The notes: generated by a model from the letters alone, not told the origin. DNA of 57,171 bases from a bacterium (GCA_014384545.1 JACNFQ010000052.1:1-57171), one strand, 5' to 3'. Counted from the first letter of the stretch, positions 46,170 to 54,845 are shown. Program-made: numbers and translations.

Positions 46170-46379
46170 ATGTGGGACGAACCCACCCCTTCTCTGTGGG
46201 ATTGGACGATTGACCTTCACCCCGAAACGACGATAGATTCAGGCTCTGACCATCCCGATGTAGCGACGAGCCTTGGGAATCTTGCTGCTTTTTTTCGTGC
46301 CCCTAATCGGGATAAGGAAGCTGAACCCTTAGAACAGCGTGCAACGAAAATCCGCACCATCAAGCGAGGATCCAGCTAA
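46170..46379 (+). pseudogene. chimeric gene fragment: junction of the 42-44.7 kb repeat fused to a single TPR_12-like unit
   Basis: The 69-codon ORF reads MWDEPTPSLWDWTIDLHPETTIDSGSDHPDVATSLGNLAAFFRAPNRDKEAEPLEQRATKIRT.... The first half copies the repeat junction (...TPA.WDWTIDLPPETTIDSGP.DPD). The stretch gggattggacgattgacc (46199-46216) is identical to 44135-44152. The second half matches the HPDVATSLNNLA.LY..QG.Y.EAEPLY.RAL.I TPR pattern. Confidence 0.45.
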
Positions 46380-46454
46380 CAATCGGTTTTATCGGACGGT
46401 CCGCTATGCGGCTCGCCATTGAGCCGGGGTGTTGGGTTGCAACGAGGTAACAGG

Positions 46455-47213
46455 ATGAATCGTGCCGTAGTGTTTCATGTGCCACATAGTTCCGACGTGA
46501 TTCCTAGCGAGGCACGGGCCGGGCTCCTGCTGAGCGATTCAGAGCTAGCTAATGAGTTGCTTCGCATGACCGATTGGTATACGGACGAGCTCTTTGCGCA
46601 GGCGGCTTGTGGGTGCCCAACAGTTGTTTTTCCCGTGAGTCGGCTCGTCTTGGATCCCGAGCGATTCGAGAGTGATGAACGCGAGGTGATGGCTGCTCAA
46701 GGCATGGGGGTCATCTACACGAAAACCTCAAGTGGGCACCGGTTGCGTGAATGCCCTGCCGCCGTGATGCGGGAGGCTGCTCTAGCCAAGTACTATCGTC
46801 CCCATCATGCGCGGTTAACCCGGGCTGTGAGTCAGTGCCTAGAAGAACATGGGCGTGCGTTGATTATCGATTGCCACAGCTTTCCAGCCGCACCCCTACC
46901 ATTCGAGCTCCAAAAAGAGTTGGACCGCCCCGAGATCTGTATTGGCACGGACTCCTTCCATACTCCAGCCGCCCTTACCGACACCGCTCGTACCGCCTTC
47001 GAGGGACAAGGTTTCACCGTAGATATTGATAGGCCGTTCTCAGGAGCTCTAGTACCGTCTAGGTATTATCAAAAGGACCAGACCGTCTCCAGTATCATGA
47101 TTGAGGTCCGCCGCGACCTTTACATGGATGAGGTCACCGGCAGGCGGCACCCCACGTTTGCAGACGTAGTTCACCGCCTGACGGTTGCTTTGCGAGCCAT
47201 TACCATAGAATGA
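46455..47213 (+). CDS. N-formylglutamate amidohydrolase family protein
   Basis: Start taken at ATG 46455 (MNRAVVFHVPHSS). HVPHSS..IP and LIIDCHSFP motifs, with size typical of the FGase family. Confidence 0.72.
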   Translation: MNRAVVFHVPHSSDVIPSEARAGLLLSDSELANELLRMTDWYTDELFAQAACGCPTVVFPVSRLVLDPERFESDEREVMAAQGMGVIYTKTSSGHRLRECPAAVMREAALAKYYRPHHARLTRAVSQCLEEHGRALIIDCHSFPAAPLPFELQKELDRPEICIGTDSFHTPAALTDTARTAFEGQGFTVDIDRPFSGALVPSRYYQKDQTVSSIMIEVRRDLYMDEVTGRRHPTFADVVHRLTVALRAITIE

Positions 47214-47335
47214 ACATGGAAGCAACCCAATCAAGTCACTTGAGCCGCGGGCAATCCCGTGTCTCCGTTGCTCGACGGCCAAATGGTAAGCGGTTAGGCT
47301 AATAGTACAAGTCAAGAGTCCCTTATGATTATCTT

Positions 47336-48262
47336 ATGAAACCCTTATCCCTCCTATCTCTTCTTCTGTTTTTTGGAGGCGTGCTATCTCCTCATCCCAT
47401 TGCCGAATCTCTGGCGCCAGGAAGGCCCCCTCACGGTCCGCCACCACACCGTCATCCACCATCACATAACACCACAAATGAAGACGCCAAGCCCCGTGTC
47501 TCAATCACGGTTCAGGGGCATTGGCGAATCATCAACAGCAATGGTATTCCTTCCCACGATACGGGGAGTTTTCCAAATAGAGGTAATCCCAATGCAATCT
47601 CAGCTCAGTCTTATACCTATCGAGTTCCCTTGCATCCAACACCTGCCCCATCAGCCACACCCCTTGGGCAGCACCCCTTTGGCGTTGCGATCAATGGTGT
47701 ACCCTTTGACCCCAATACGGCAGAGTGGTGGAATAACGACCCCCAGTCGGGTTGGCACATCGAAGCGTTCACGGGGGCAACCCTTGGTATGGACGACAAC
47801 AACGCCCATGTGCAACCCACGGGCGGATACCACTACCACGCCCTCCCCACAGGACTTGTAGAGAGCCTAGAGGGCTCCTTGCCCATGATTGTGGGGTGGG
47901 CAGCCGATGGGTATCCCATCACGACGCCTTGGGGATATACCGACCCGCTTGATTCTGAAGCCGACTTAGTAGCTCTCCATTCTGGGTATACAGTCAAGAC
48001 GGGTACTCGCCCCAGTGGTCCGGGTGGTATTCATGACGGTACCTATGCCGAAGATTGGATCTTTACGGATTCGGGCAACCTAGACGAAAAGAATGGGCGG
48101 TTTGCCGTTTTGCCCGAGTTTCCTGAGGGTACTTACCATTATGTCATTACGGACAGCTGGCCCTTCATCCCCCGTTCCTTTAGAGGAACACCCAACGAGA
48201 GCTTCCTCAGGCATGGTCCCCCAGGGGGCAACCGTCGTCCCCCACCACCCCATACACGCTAG
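47336..48262 (+). CDS. secreted YHYH-domain protein
   Basis: Signal peptide, Pro/His-rich linker, NGIPSH...FPN..NPN and GGYHYHALP motifs. Confidence 0.75.
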   Translation: MKPLSLLSLLLFFGGVLSPHPIAESLAPGRPPHGPPPHRHPPSHNTTNEDAKPRVSITVQGHWRIINSNGIPSHDTGSFPNRGNPNAISAQSYTYRVPLHPTPAPSATPLGQHPFGVAINGVPFDPNTAEWWNNDPQSGWHIEAFTGATLGMDDNNAHVQPTGGYHYHALPTGLVESLEGSLPMIVGWAADGYPITTPWGYTDPLDSEADLVALHSGYTVKTGTRPSGPGGIHDGTYAEDWIFTDSGNLDEKNGRFAVLPEFPEGTYHYVITDSWPFIPRSFRGTPNESFLRHGPPGGNRRPPPPHTR

Positions 48263-48465
48263 GGTAAGGATTGTGTGAGGTCGCTACATGCGGGGGGATA
48301 GACATGAGGGACGGAGGCCAAGACCGGGCGCTTGCGTTTGGTCTTGTGCCGGAGCACCCGACATGGTGGCTCGGAGAGCCACAACCCCCCGCCTAACGGG
48401 TTCCTGGGGGGCAACCTAACGGAATCTGGGAGGGGACGGTTCCACGGGATGCGGGGGGTGGGGGG

Positions 48466-49401
48466 TTATTTGAGCCAACGGAGGGCAGAGAGGGGCCAGA
48501 AATTAAAGAACGGTTTGCCTGCTACCGTATCAATGGGCACATACCCGCCGCTGGAGTGCTTTTCCAAGCCTTCAAGGGCAATCCCTCCCAGCGATCCCAG
48601 AACCCACGTGCGGGAGTCCTCTGAAGAGGGGCGGTTGTCCCCCATCACAAAGAGATGTCCTTCGGGCACCACCACGGGGCCCACCGAAAGAAAAGAGACT
48701 CCCCTAGTGATATACCCCTCTACCAACTGCTCTCCATTGACCCACACCGCATCCCCTTGAACCACCACTTCGTCGCCGGGGATACCAATCACTCTCTTCA
48801 CATATAGGACTTTCGCGATACCCCCTTTATTCGCTCCATCAATCATTGAAAGAGACGCCGCATCAACCTCTCGCCAAAAGACGATAACACTCCCTCTTTT
48901 GGGCGTCCCGAACCAACTCCCTCCCTTCCAGTAAAAAAACCGCTCCTCCAACTCTAAATAGGGGCTCATGGAAGACGCTTCTAAGATATCTTTGCCCGGC
49001 ACAGCCCCCGCCCCTAACATGAATTGGCTTACCAACAAGAACAAAAGAGCGATGCGCCCCACTCGCCACAACCCCACACGCATATCGGTAACTTCCGTCC
49101 CCAAGAAATCCACCGAACCCGATGCCAAGATCGTCTCGCCAAGAGAGACAACAACTGTTGCTTTACCCGGAGCCATAGAAGAGAGATCGAAATCTAAACC
49201 GTCATAAGGCAAGGGCAATGTAATCTCCCTTCCCTGTTTCTCGCCCACAGTCAGGACACCTTTCGTTGTCCGAAATGTAACCAAAGGAGGATCGCCACTT
49301 GGGTTGGGATTTTTGACGAAAAAGGGCATCTGTTTCCCGTTCGCTCGGGCCCGCCACGAACCCCCCTGCCGAAACTCAATCCTGTTGACACCACCGACCA
49401 T
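48466..49401 (-). CDS. lepB: signal peptidase I with roughly 120-aa N-terminal extension
   Basis: SSMSPYLE (catalytic Ser box), GSVIVFW, YVKRVIGIPGDEV (Lys box) and GDNRPSSEDSR. 1-nt overlap with rnhB. Confidence 0.8.
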   Translation of the reverse strand: MVGGVNRIEFRQGGSWRARANGKQMPFFVKNPNPSGDPPLVTFRTTKGVLTVGEKQGREITLPLPYDGLDFDLSSMAPGKATVVVSLGETILASGSVDFLGTEVTDMRVGLWRVGRIALLFLLVSQFMLGAGAVPGKDILEASSMSPYLELEERFFYWKGGSWFGTPKRGSVIVFWREVDAASLSMIDGANKGGIAKVLYVKRVIGIPGDEVVVQGDAVWVNGEQLVEGYITRGVSFLSVGPVVVPEGHLFVMGDNRPSSEDSRTWVLGSLGGIALEGLEKHSSGGYVPIDTVAGKPFFNFWPLSALRWLK

Positions 49402-49973
49402 CAGGCACCCCCTCCTACCAAGAGGGAGAATGCGACAGGGCGAAACGACCTTCTATGGCAAGGAGTAGGTCCCTTTTCTTCTATTGCTCTCCTATGTCTC
49501 TCTGTCCCATACCCCATATGAACCCCTAATCCATACCCTGACCAACGCTTGTCTAACCCATGCATGATTGCATCCCTACTCACTTTTGCTACTAGGGATG
49601 CTGCACCTACCGCTTTGTGGTCTCTATCTGCCTTGGGAATGGGACGCATCGGGGCTGGAATCTTTGGGGAGTCGTTCCCGTCAATGACGACAAGAACCTC
49701 TTTAGGGAGACCCGCCGCTTGCCAAGCTAAACCCATCGCACGCATCGTCGCTTCAACGATACCCAACTTGTCCACTTCTGCCGCTCCCATCACCCCCACG
49801 CCCACTTGAGCTGTTGACGAATAGATGCACTTGACCAACGCCTTCCTTCGGGCGGGAGGAATCGTTTTACTATCTCCCAAACCAGGAATTGCTTCGTTCA
49901 AGAACACACACGCTGCCACCACTGGTCCCGCCAAGGCACCCCGCCCCGCCTCATCAATCCCAGCTTCGTTCAA
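49401..49973 (-). CDS. rnhB: ribonuclease HII
   Basis: 190 aa with GIDEAGRGALAGPVV, DSK and ASLVAKV motifs. Confidence 0.92.
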   Translation of the reverse strand: MNEAGIDEAGRGALAGPVVAACVFLNEAIPGLGDSKTIPPARRKALVKCIYSSTAQVGVGVMGAAEVDKLGIVEATMRAMGLAWQAAGLPKEVLVVIDGNDSPKIPAPMRPIPKADRDHKAVGAASLVAKVSRDAIMHGLDKRWSGYGLGVHMGYGTERHRRAIEEKGPTPCHRRSFRPVAFSLLVGGGA

Positions 49974-50782
49974 GTCGGCATCTCTAACGAGATTCTTCCC
50001 AATCGACCTTTCCTATAACTATCCACGAGCCTCCTCGCTGCTGCGGGTCTATTCAGGACGCCCCCCCTCCCTAACAACCCTTGTCGCCGAGCGAGGCGGT
50101 CTAGGAAATCTCCTTCTCCTGTGGTATCACCGGGCAAATCCAATACATCCGACCACCCCCTACGCTTCTCATCTAAGTAGGTAACCAAATGCCCCGCTAC
50201 CTCTTCAGGATCCCAATCTCCTTGGGGAATCGTTCCACAACAGACACGACGCCAATAGGACTCCATTTCAACTTGGTCATCCCCCATCACTCCGGGCTGA
50301 TCTAACAGGAGGATTCCGTCTACCAAACGGACCCATTCCACCCCTCGAGTTACCCCTGGGCGATCGCCCGTTTCTTGCTTCTTTCGCCCCACCATGGCGT
50401 TGATCAATGAAGATTTTCCGGTATTGGGAATCCCCACCACACTTGCCCGAATCTTCCTGAAAGGGCTTTTGTGCTTCGCCCACTCGGTCAGTGCGGCACT
50501 CGCCTCTCTAACCTGTTGTCTGTTGTTCCTATCGATCGCAACGACCATCGAGCCATCACGCCCAAGCCGTTGAACCCACGCCCTGTTTGCTGAAGGGCTG
50601 GCAAGATCTGATTTCATGAGGAAACGAATCACAGGGCGTCCCTTGAATCGGTGGCGGAATGTCAGGGATGTGGTGGAAAGAGGAGCGCGTGCATCCAAGA
50701 CCTCTAGGAAAAGACCACACTTCTCAATCGCTCTCCAAGGGCTCGCCATCTGTACCCCTGTTCTACTCTGCCCCACCATCAC
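49970..50782 (-). CDS. rbgA: circularly permuted ribosome-biogenesis GTPase YlqF/RbgA (start may be ATG 50749)
   Basis: Permuted motif order: EVLDARAPLS, MKSDL (G4), GIPNTGKSSLIN (G1), LLDQPGV (G3). The position between rplS/lepB and rnhB matches that in Bacillus. Confidence 0.86.
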   Translation of the reverse strand: MMVGQSRTGVQMASPWRAIEKCGLFLEVLDARAPLSTTSLTFRHRFKGRPVIRFLMKSDLASPSANRAWVQRLGRDGSMVVAIDRNNRQQVREASAALTEWAKHKSPFRKIRASVVGIPNTGKSSLINAMVGRKKQETGDRPGVTRGVEWVRLVDGILLLDQPGVMGDDQVEMESYWRRVCCGTIPQGDWDPEEVAGHLVTYLDEKRRGWSDVLDLPGDTTGEGDFLDRLARRQGLLGRGGVLNRPAAARRLVDSYRKGRLGRISLEMPT

Positions 50783-51590
50783 GATGAGGGACTGTGCCAG
50801 CCCTCTCGCTGGGCCAGTAAATAAAGAGAGGTCTCCCTCGCAACCGATCTGGAGGAAGAACGCCCCAGCATCGAGAATCTAATGAGTTTGTCCTGTTATC
50901 ACCTAACAAGAACCACCCCGAGCCCTCCTCCCCCTCCGCGGGAATATCCCAATTGCTTTTTCCCGAACAGCCAGCATTGAATACCGCTTCCGTTTCTTGG
51001 TCTGTATAGGACTCGTCTAACAGAAGTCCGTTTACCCAAACACCCCCCCCTATCAGCTCAATCCTGTCCCCCGGTCCCGCGATGACCCTCTTTACCCACA
51101 AGTCTCCCTGAGGTAACTTTAGGTCAGGTGGGGGAGAAAAAATGACCATTTGCCCATGGGATGGTTCGGTAAAGAGAAAGTCATACTTCGTCCCAAACAA
51201 CTTATCTCCCTCTTGAAGATTGGGAATCATTGAACCGGAAGGAACGAAGAAAGTCTGCAAGATCCATGTTTTCAAGAGAATCCAGAAGAAGAACGCAAAC
51301 CCCAACGACTCGGTCCAATCCAATAGGTGTGAAAGGAACGTTGAAGAAAAGAGAAGAGTTCCCTCTCTTTTTCCATTGATGAACAGAGGGTTTTTTCCAT
51401 GAACCCTAGCAGCGACTTCTACCTCTTGCCCCCGTTCCCACTTAACCTTCTTCCCCTCTTGAGCACCTACCCGCACGACCCCCCACTTTACGGACAGCAC
51501 CCCACCCCTCTTCGGTAGGAAATCTGGGGGAACGGGATGGAACCGACCGTCGGCCGGAAGGGCCCCGTTCTTCGGGGCCGCTTTGCTCAC
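50763..51590 (-). CDS. lepB: signal peptidase I with roughly 100-aa N-terminal extension
   Basis: VPSGSMIPNL, GQMVIFSPP, WVKRVIAGPGD and GDNRTNSLDSRCWG boxes. Confidence 0.85.
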   Translation of the reverse strand: MSKAAPKNGALPADGRFHPVPPDFLPKRGGVLSVKWGVVRVGAQEGKKVKWERGQEVEVAARVHGKNPLFINGKREGTLLFSSTFLSHLLDWTESLGFAFFFWILLKTWILQTFFVPSGSMIPNLQEGDKLFGTKYDFLFTEPSHGQMVIFSPPPDLKLPQGDLWVKRVIAGPGDRIELIGGGVWVNGLLLDESYTDQETEAVFNAGCSGKSNWDIPAEGEEGSGWFLLGDNRTNSLDSRCWGVLPPDRLRGRPLFIYWPSERAGTVPHRDGGAE

Positions 51591-51592
51591 CC

Positions 51593-51952
51593 CTACTTCC
51601 GCTCCTTGATGCGGCTTTGTCGTCGACTTAGCCCTCGGAGGTGCTTCAGTTTGGCTCGGCGAACCTTACCCTTTCTTACAACCTCAACCTTCTCTAATCG
51701 TGGACTGTGCAAGGGGAATGTTTTCTCTACCCCAACCTTGTGGCTCTCTTTTCGCAAAGTAAAAGTCGCCCCTACTTCCATCCCGCCGTGGCGCGCTGTA
51801 CAGACACCGATAAATGTCTGGAGTGGTTGGCTCTTTTCCCCATCGTTTTCTTTGTAGAGGACTTTGAGGGTATCCCCCGAACGAAAATCGGGGACCTCCC
51901 TCTGTCTCTCGGCTAAGAAAGCCTCTACATCTTCTGTTCTTCTGATTGCCAT
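51593..51952 (-). CDS. rplS: 50S ribosomal protein L19
   Basis: 119 aa with FRSGDTLKV...EG.K.R.Q.F.GV......G...TFT.RK...GVGVE..FPLHSP. Confidence 0.96.
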   Translation of the reverse strand: MAIRRTEDVEAFLAERQREVPDFRSGDTLKVLYKENDGEKSQPLQTFIGVCTARHGGMEVGATFTLRKESHKVGVEKTFPLHSPRLEKVEVVRKGKVRRAKLKHLRGLSRRQSRIKERK

Positions 51953-51953
51953 A

Positions 51954-52646
51954 TCAACGCTTACTCCTGCTTACCAAATCGGGGCGCCGGGCTCGTGTTC
52001 GCTTTGTTGCCTCATTCTGACGCCAGTTGGCTACTTCTTTGTGGTTGCCACCCAACAGAACGGGGGGTACCTGAAGCCCTCTGTACTCTCGAGGACGCGT
52101 GTAATGGGGGTATTCCAGCCCCTTGCCCGAAAACGACTCTTCTGTCAAACTTTCTGGCGAGAGAAATCCCTCTTGGAGACGCACTGTCCCCTCTAGCAAC
52201 GTCAAAGCCGCAACTTCTCCGCCCATCACCACAAAATCTCCCAACGAAATCTCTCGTGTCGCTAGGGTTCGCACCCGCTCGTCTACCCCCTCATACCTGC
52301 CACACATCAAGATCCAACCCGGACCCTCTGCCAACTCCTCTACCAATCCTTGGTCTAATCTCTCGCCTTGAGGGGAAAGAAGGAGCGTTTGGGGTTTTTC
52401 ACCAGCCCATCTATTCTCTACGATTTCGTCAACAGCCCTAAAAAAAGGTTCTGGCTTCATCACCATTCCAGCACCCCCGCCATAAGGAGTATCGTCCACC
52501 ATGCGGTGGCTCCCCAACGCCCACTTCCGTAGGTCATGTGCCTCCAAATCTAGGACACCCTCGCCCTGGGCCCGACCCAATAGAGAGTGGTGGGCGTAGT
52601 CTCGGATCATCTCCGGGAAAATCGTGATGATATCAGCCTGAATCAA
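51954..52646 (-). CDS. trmD: tRNA (guanine37-N1)-methyltransferase
   Basis: IITIFPEMI, DDTPYGGGAGMVM and CGRYEGVDERV. Start placed at TTG 52646, which gives MIQADIITIFPEM and begins 1 nt after the stop of the upstream KH gene. The longest ORF extends to 52688. Confidence 0.92.
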   Translation of the reverse strand: MIQADIITIFPEMIRDYAHHSLLGRAQGEGVLDLEAHDLRKWALGSHRMVDDTPYGGGAGMVMKPEPFFRAVDEIVENRWAGEKPQTLLLSPQGERLDQGLVEELAEGPGWILMCGRYEGVDERVRTLATREISLGDFVVMGGEVAALTLLEGTVRLQEGFLSPESLTEESFSGKGLEYPHYTRPREYRGLQVPPVLLGGNHKEVANWRQNEATKRTRARRPDLVSRSKR

Positions 52647-52647
52647 C

Positions 52648-52932
52648 CTAGAGTGCTTCCTCTTCAAACTCCTCTTCATCGCGGTCAAGATCCTCAGGTC
52701 GTGGTCGAAGGTCTACCTTCAATAGGCGTCCCTCCTTTGCTCCAATAGCACCGAAAATTGCACGGAGTGCTTGAATCGTTCGCCCTCGTTTTCCGATAAT
52801 GCGACCCTTTTGATCATCGGGCGAATCGATAAGGAGCATCGTCCCTTCATCCTCTGCAATCTCTGTAACTTGTGCTTCGCCACTCTCTAACAAGCGGCTC
52901 AAGATAGCGCCTAACAACTCTATATCTTTCAT
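52648..52932 (-). CDS. KH-domain RNA-binding protein (YlqC/UPF0109 family) with acidic tail
   Basis: DQKGRIIGKRGRTIQALRAIF is the KH GxxG core. The position after rpsP is conserved. Confidence 0.8.
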   Translation of the reverse strand: MKDIELLGAILSRLLESGEAQVTEIAEDEGTMLLIDSPDDQKGRIIGKRGRTIQALRAIFGAIGAKEGRLLKVDLRPRPEDLDRDEEEFEEEAL

Positions 52933-53516
52933 TCTGTTTTCTCCTCGCTTTCGGTTTCTGGCTCTTCTGAATCTCCTTCTTCTTCAGACGGAGACTCCTC
53001 GGTATCAACTAAGGATTCAACTTGATCAGCCTCCTCCGTTTTTTCAACGACCTCCTCCACGGGCGATTCTTCTAGAGCCTCAGCAACGACCGCTTCCGTT
53101 CTCTCTTCGTCTGCGGCATCCCCTTCTTCCTTTGCCTCTTCAGAGAGGGGCTCTTCGGGCGTCTCTTCACCAGCAGTTTCCTCCACGACTTCTTCAATCA
53201 CTGGAACAACTTCTTCTTTAGGTGTCGCCTCTACTACGGAGCCATCTTGGGTAAGAACGCCTGTGCCCCCTGCCTTGCGGTACTTTGATACGATTTTCTT
53301 CACGCGTTTAGAGGGCTTAGCACCCACCGAAATCCAATGGTCGTACCTCTCTAAGTTGATCTCTAAAGGTTGCCCCGGGAAACTCGCTCCGTGGCTGCCC
53401 AGAATCTCTAACGACTTTCCATCTCGGGGCGACCGATAGGGGACAGCCACGATCCGGAAACTGGGTTGTTTTTTCTTCCCTACTCGGGACAATCTAATCG
53501 CAACTCTCATCACCAT
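52929..53516 (-). CDS. rpsP: 30S ribosomal protein S16 with roughly 110-aa acidic C-terminal extension
   Basis: VAIRLSRVGKKKQPSFRIVAV..RSPRDGK.LE.LG is the S16 core. The remainder is E/V/T-rich low-complexity sequence. Confidence 0.9.
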   Translation of the reverse strand: MVMRVAIRLSRVGKKKQPSFRIVAVPYRSPRDGKSLEILGSHGASFPGQPLEINLERYDHWISVGAKPSKRVKKIVSKYRKAGGTGVLTQDGSVVEATPKEEVVPVIEEVVEETAGEETPEEPLSEEAKEEGDAADEERTEAVVAEALEESPVEEVVEKTEEADQVESLVDTEESPSEEEGDSEEPETESEEKTE

Positions 53517-53841
53517 CCTCCTTCAATCTCAACGCACCTTCTATTAGGGCGTTTATATCTATTTCCTCGATGCCACCCGCCTGCAAGACTTCGGCAAGGC
53601 GTACAGATCGCACCTTTCCACTCTTTCTCTCTGTAGGGGTCAGTGCCCCCAAGACAGCTCCAAAAGCCTCCAATCGACCTTTGGCGAGAATCATCTCTTT
53701 CATCTCTTCGGGGATTTTTAGCGGTAACAAGTTGAGTGCCGATCGCCTCATGAAACGAGGAACCTTGAGAAACCCCTGAAGAGCCTTATGAATCGCTTCA
53801 AGATTGGGCTTGGTAATACCTTTTGGTAATATAGAGGTCAT
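53494..53841 (-). CDS. stand-alone SRP54 (Ffh) M-domain-like ORF; possibly an ffh relic
   Basis: 115 aa, located where ffh normally precedes rpsP. RLEAFGAVLGALTPTERKSGKV...RLAEVLQAGGIEEIDINALIE parallels the Ffh M-domain pattern (...ME/LEAI..SMT..ER..P......R..RIA.GSG....DVN.L.). There is no N/G GTPase domain and no obvious SD. Confidence 0.4.
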   Translation of the reverse strand: MTSILPKGITKPNLEAIHKALQGFLKVPRFMRRSALNLLPLKIPEEMKEMILAKGRLEAFGAVLGALTPTERKSGKVRSVRLAEVLQAGGIEEIDINALIEGALRLKEDGDESCD

Positions 53842-53912
53842 CGTTGGTCTAGGTCTGCAAATACGCGTAGCACTCTATTCTACCCTAGCAGAGAGCAGAG
53901 GGTGTTTGGTCG

Positions 53913-54794
53913 CTATTTCTTGGTGTAGCTGTAAAACCCCTCCCCAGACTTGCGACCTAGTTTTCCTTCGGATACCAACTTGTCCAACAAGGGGCTGGGG
54001 TCAAAGAGGGCTTGGTCTGGAAATGCATTGTGCCACCCATCCATAATGAACTTCGTTGTATCCAACCCCACATAATCCAGAAGTTGGAGAGGCCCCATGG
54101 GGTAACCACACCCCATCTTCATCGCGTCATCTATATCTGCCTCGGATGCATCCCCTCTATCTAACAGGCGAACTGCTTCCATAAGGTAGGGGACTAAGAG
54201 TCTGTTGACAATGAACCCTGGTGTATCCTTGCAAGTTACGGCTCGCTTCCCTACGCCTTCGCCAAACGCCAGCAAAGCGGTGTGTGTTTCTTCACTCGTC
54301 TCTTCGGCTTTTACCACCTCTACGAGACGCATGACTGGAACGGGGTTAAAGAAATGAAGCCCCCCAAAGCGATCGGCACGGTTTGTGGCTGCAGCTAGCT
54401 CTTTGATCGGTAATGAGGATGTGTTGGATGCAAAGAGACAAGGGGCAGGTGCCGCCTTGTCCAACGAGGCAAAGAGATCTTGTTTAATCTCAAGGTTTTC
54501 AATGATCGCCTCGACAACCAAGTCTGCATTTGCTACGGCACCTTCGGCATCGGTGCTCGTAGAGATTCTTGCCATAACCTCGTTGAATGCGATTTGTTGG
54601 GCTTCTTCTCCCTCAACTTTCTTCCGTAGAACGCGCTTAAGGCTACCCTCAAGCCGAGCTATTCCCTTCTCTAAAAACGCCTTGTCAACATCTACGAGAG
54701 TGACTCTATATCCGTTTTGGGCTGCTACTTGAGCAATCCCATTCCCCATTAATCCTGCCCCAAAAACCGTTACATTCTTAATATTTGATCCCAT
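53913..54794 (-). CDS. hbd: 3-hydroxybutyryl-CoA (3-hydroxyacyl-CoA) dehydrogenase
   Basis: Start at ATG 54794, preceded by AAAGGAGG. VTVFGAGLMGNGIAQV is the NAD-binding motif. HFFNPVPVMRLVEV and GFIVNRLL are also present. Confidence 0.9.
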   Translation of the reverse strand: MGSNIKNVTVFGAGLMGNGIAQVAAQNGYRVTLVDVDKAFLEKGIARLEGSLKRVLRKKVEGEEAQQIAFNEVMARISTSTDAEGAVANADLVVEAIIENLEIKQDLFASLDKAAPAPCLFASNTSSLPIKELAAATNRADRFGGLHFFNPVPVMRLVEVVKAEETSEETHTALLAFGEGVGKRAVTCKDTPGFIVNRLLVPYLMEAVRLLDRGDASEADIDDAMKMGCGYPMGPLQLLDYVGLDTTKFIMDGWHNAFPDQALFDPSPLLDKLVSEGKLGRKSGEGFYSYTKK

Positions 54795-54845
54795 GATGAA
54801 ATACCTCCTTTTTCCAAAGGGGGAGGATACCATCCCTTTCGACAA

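Noticed and set aside
52929-53260. Long Glu-rich tails on S16 and on the KH protein as possible novel domains.
   Set aside because: They are low-complexity acidic extensions without internal structure. Extended S16 proteins occur in several phyla, so this is noted in the feature table only.
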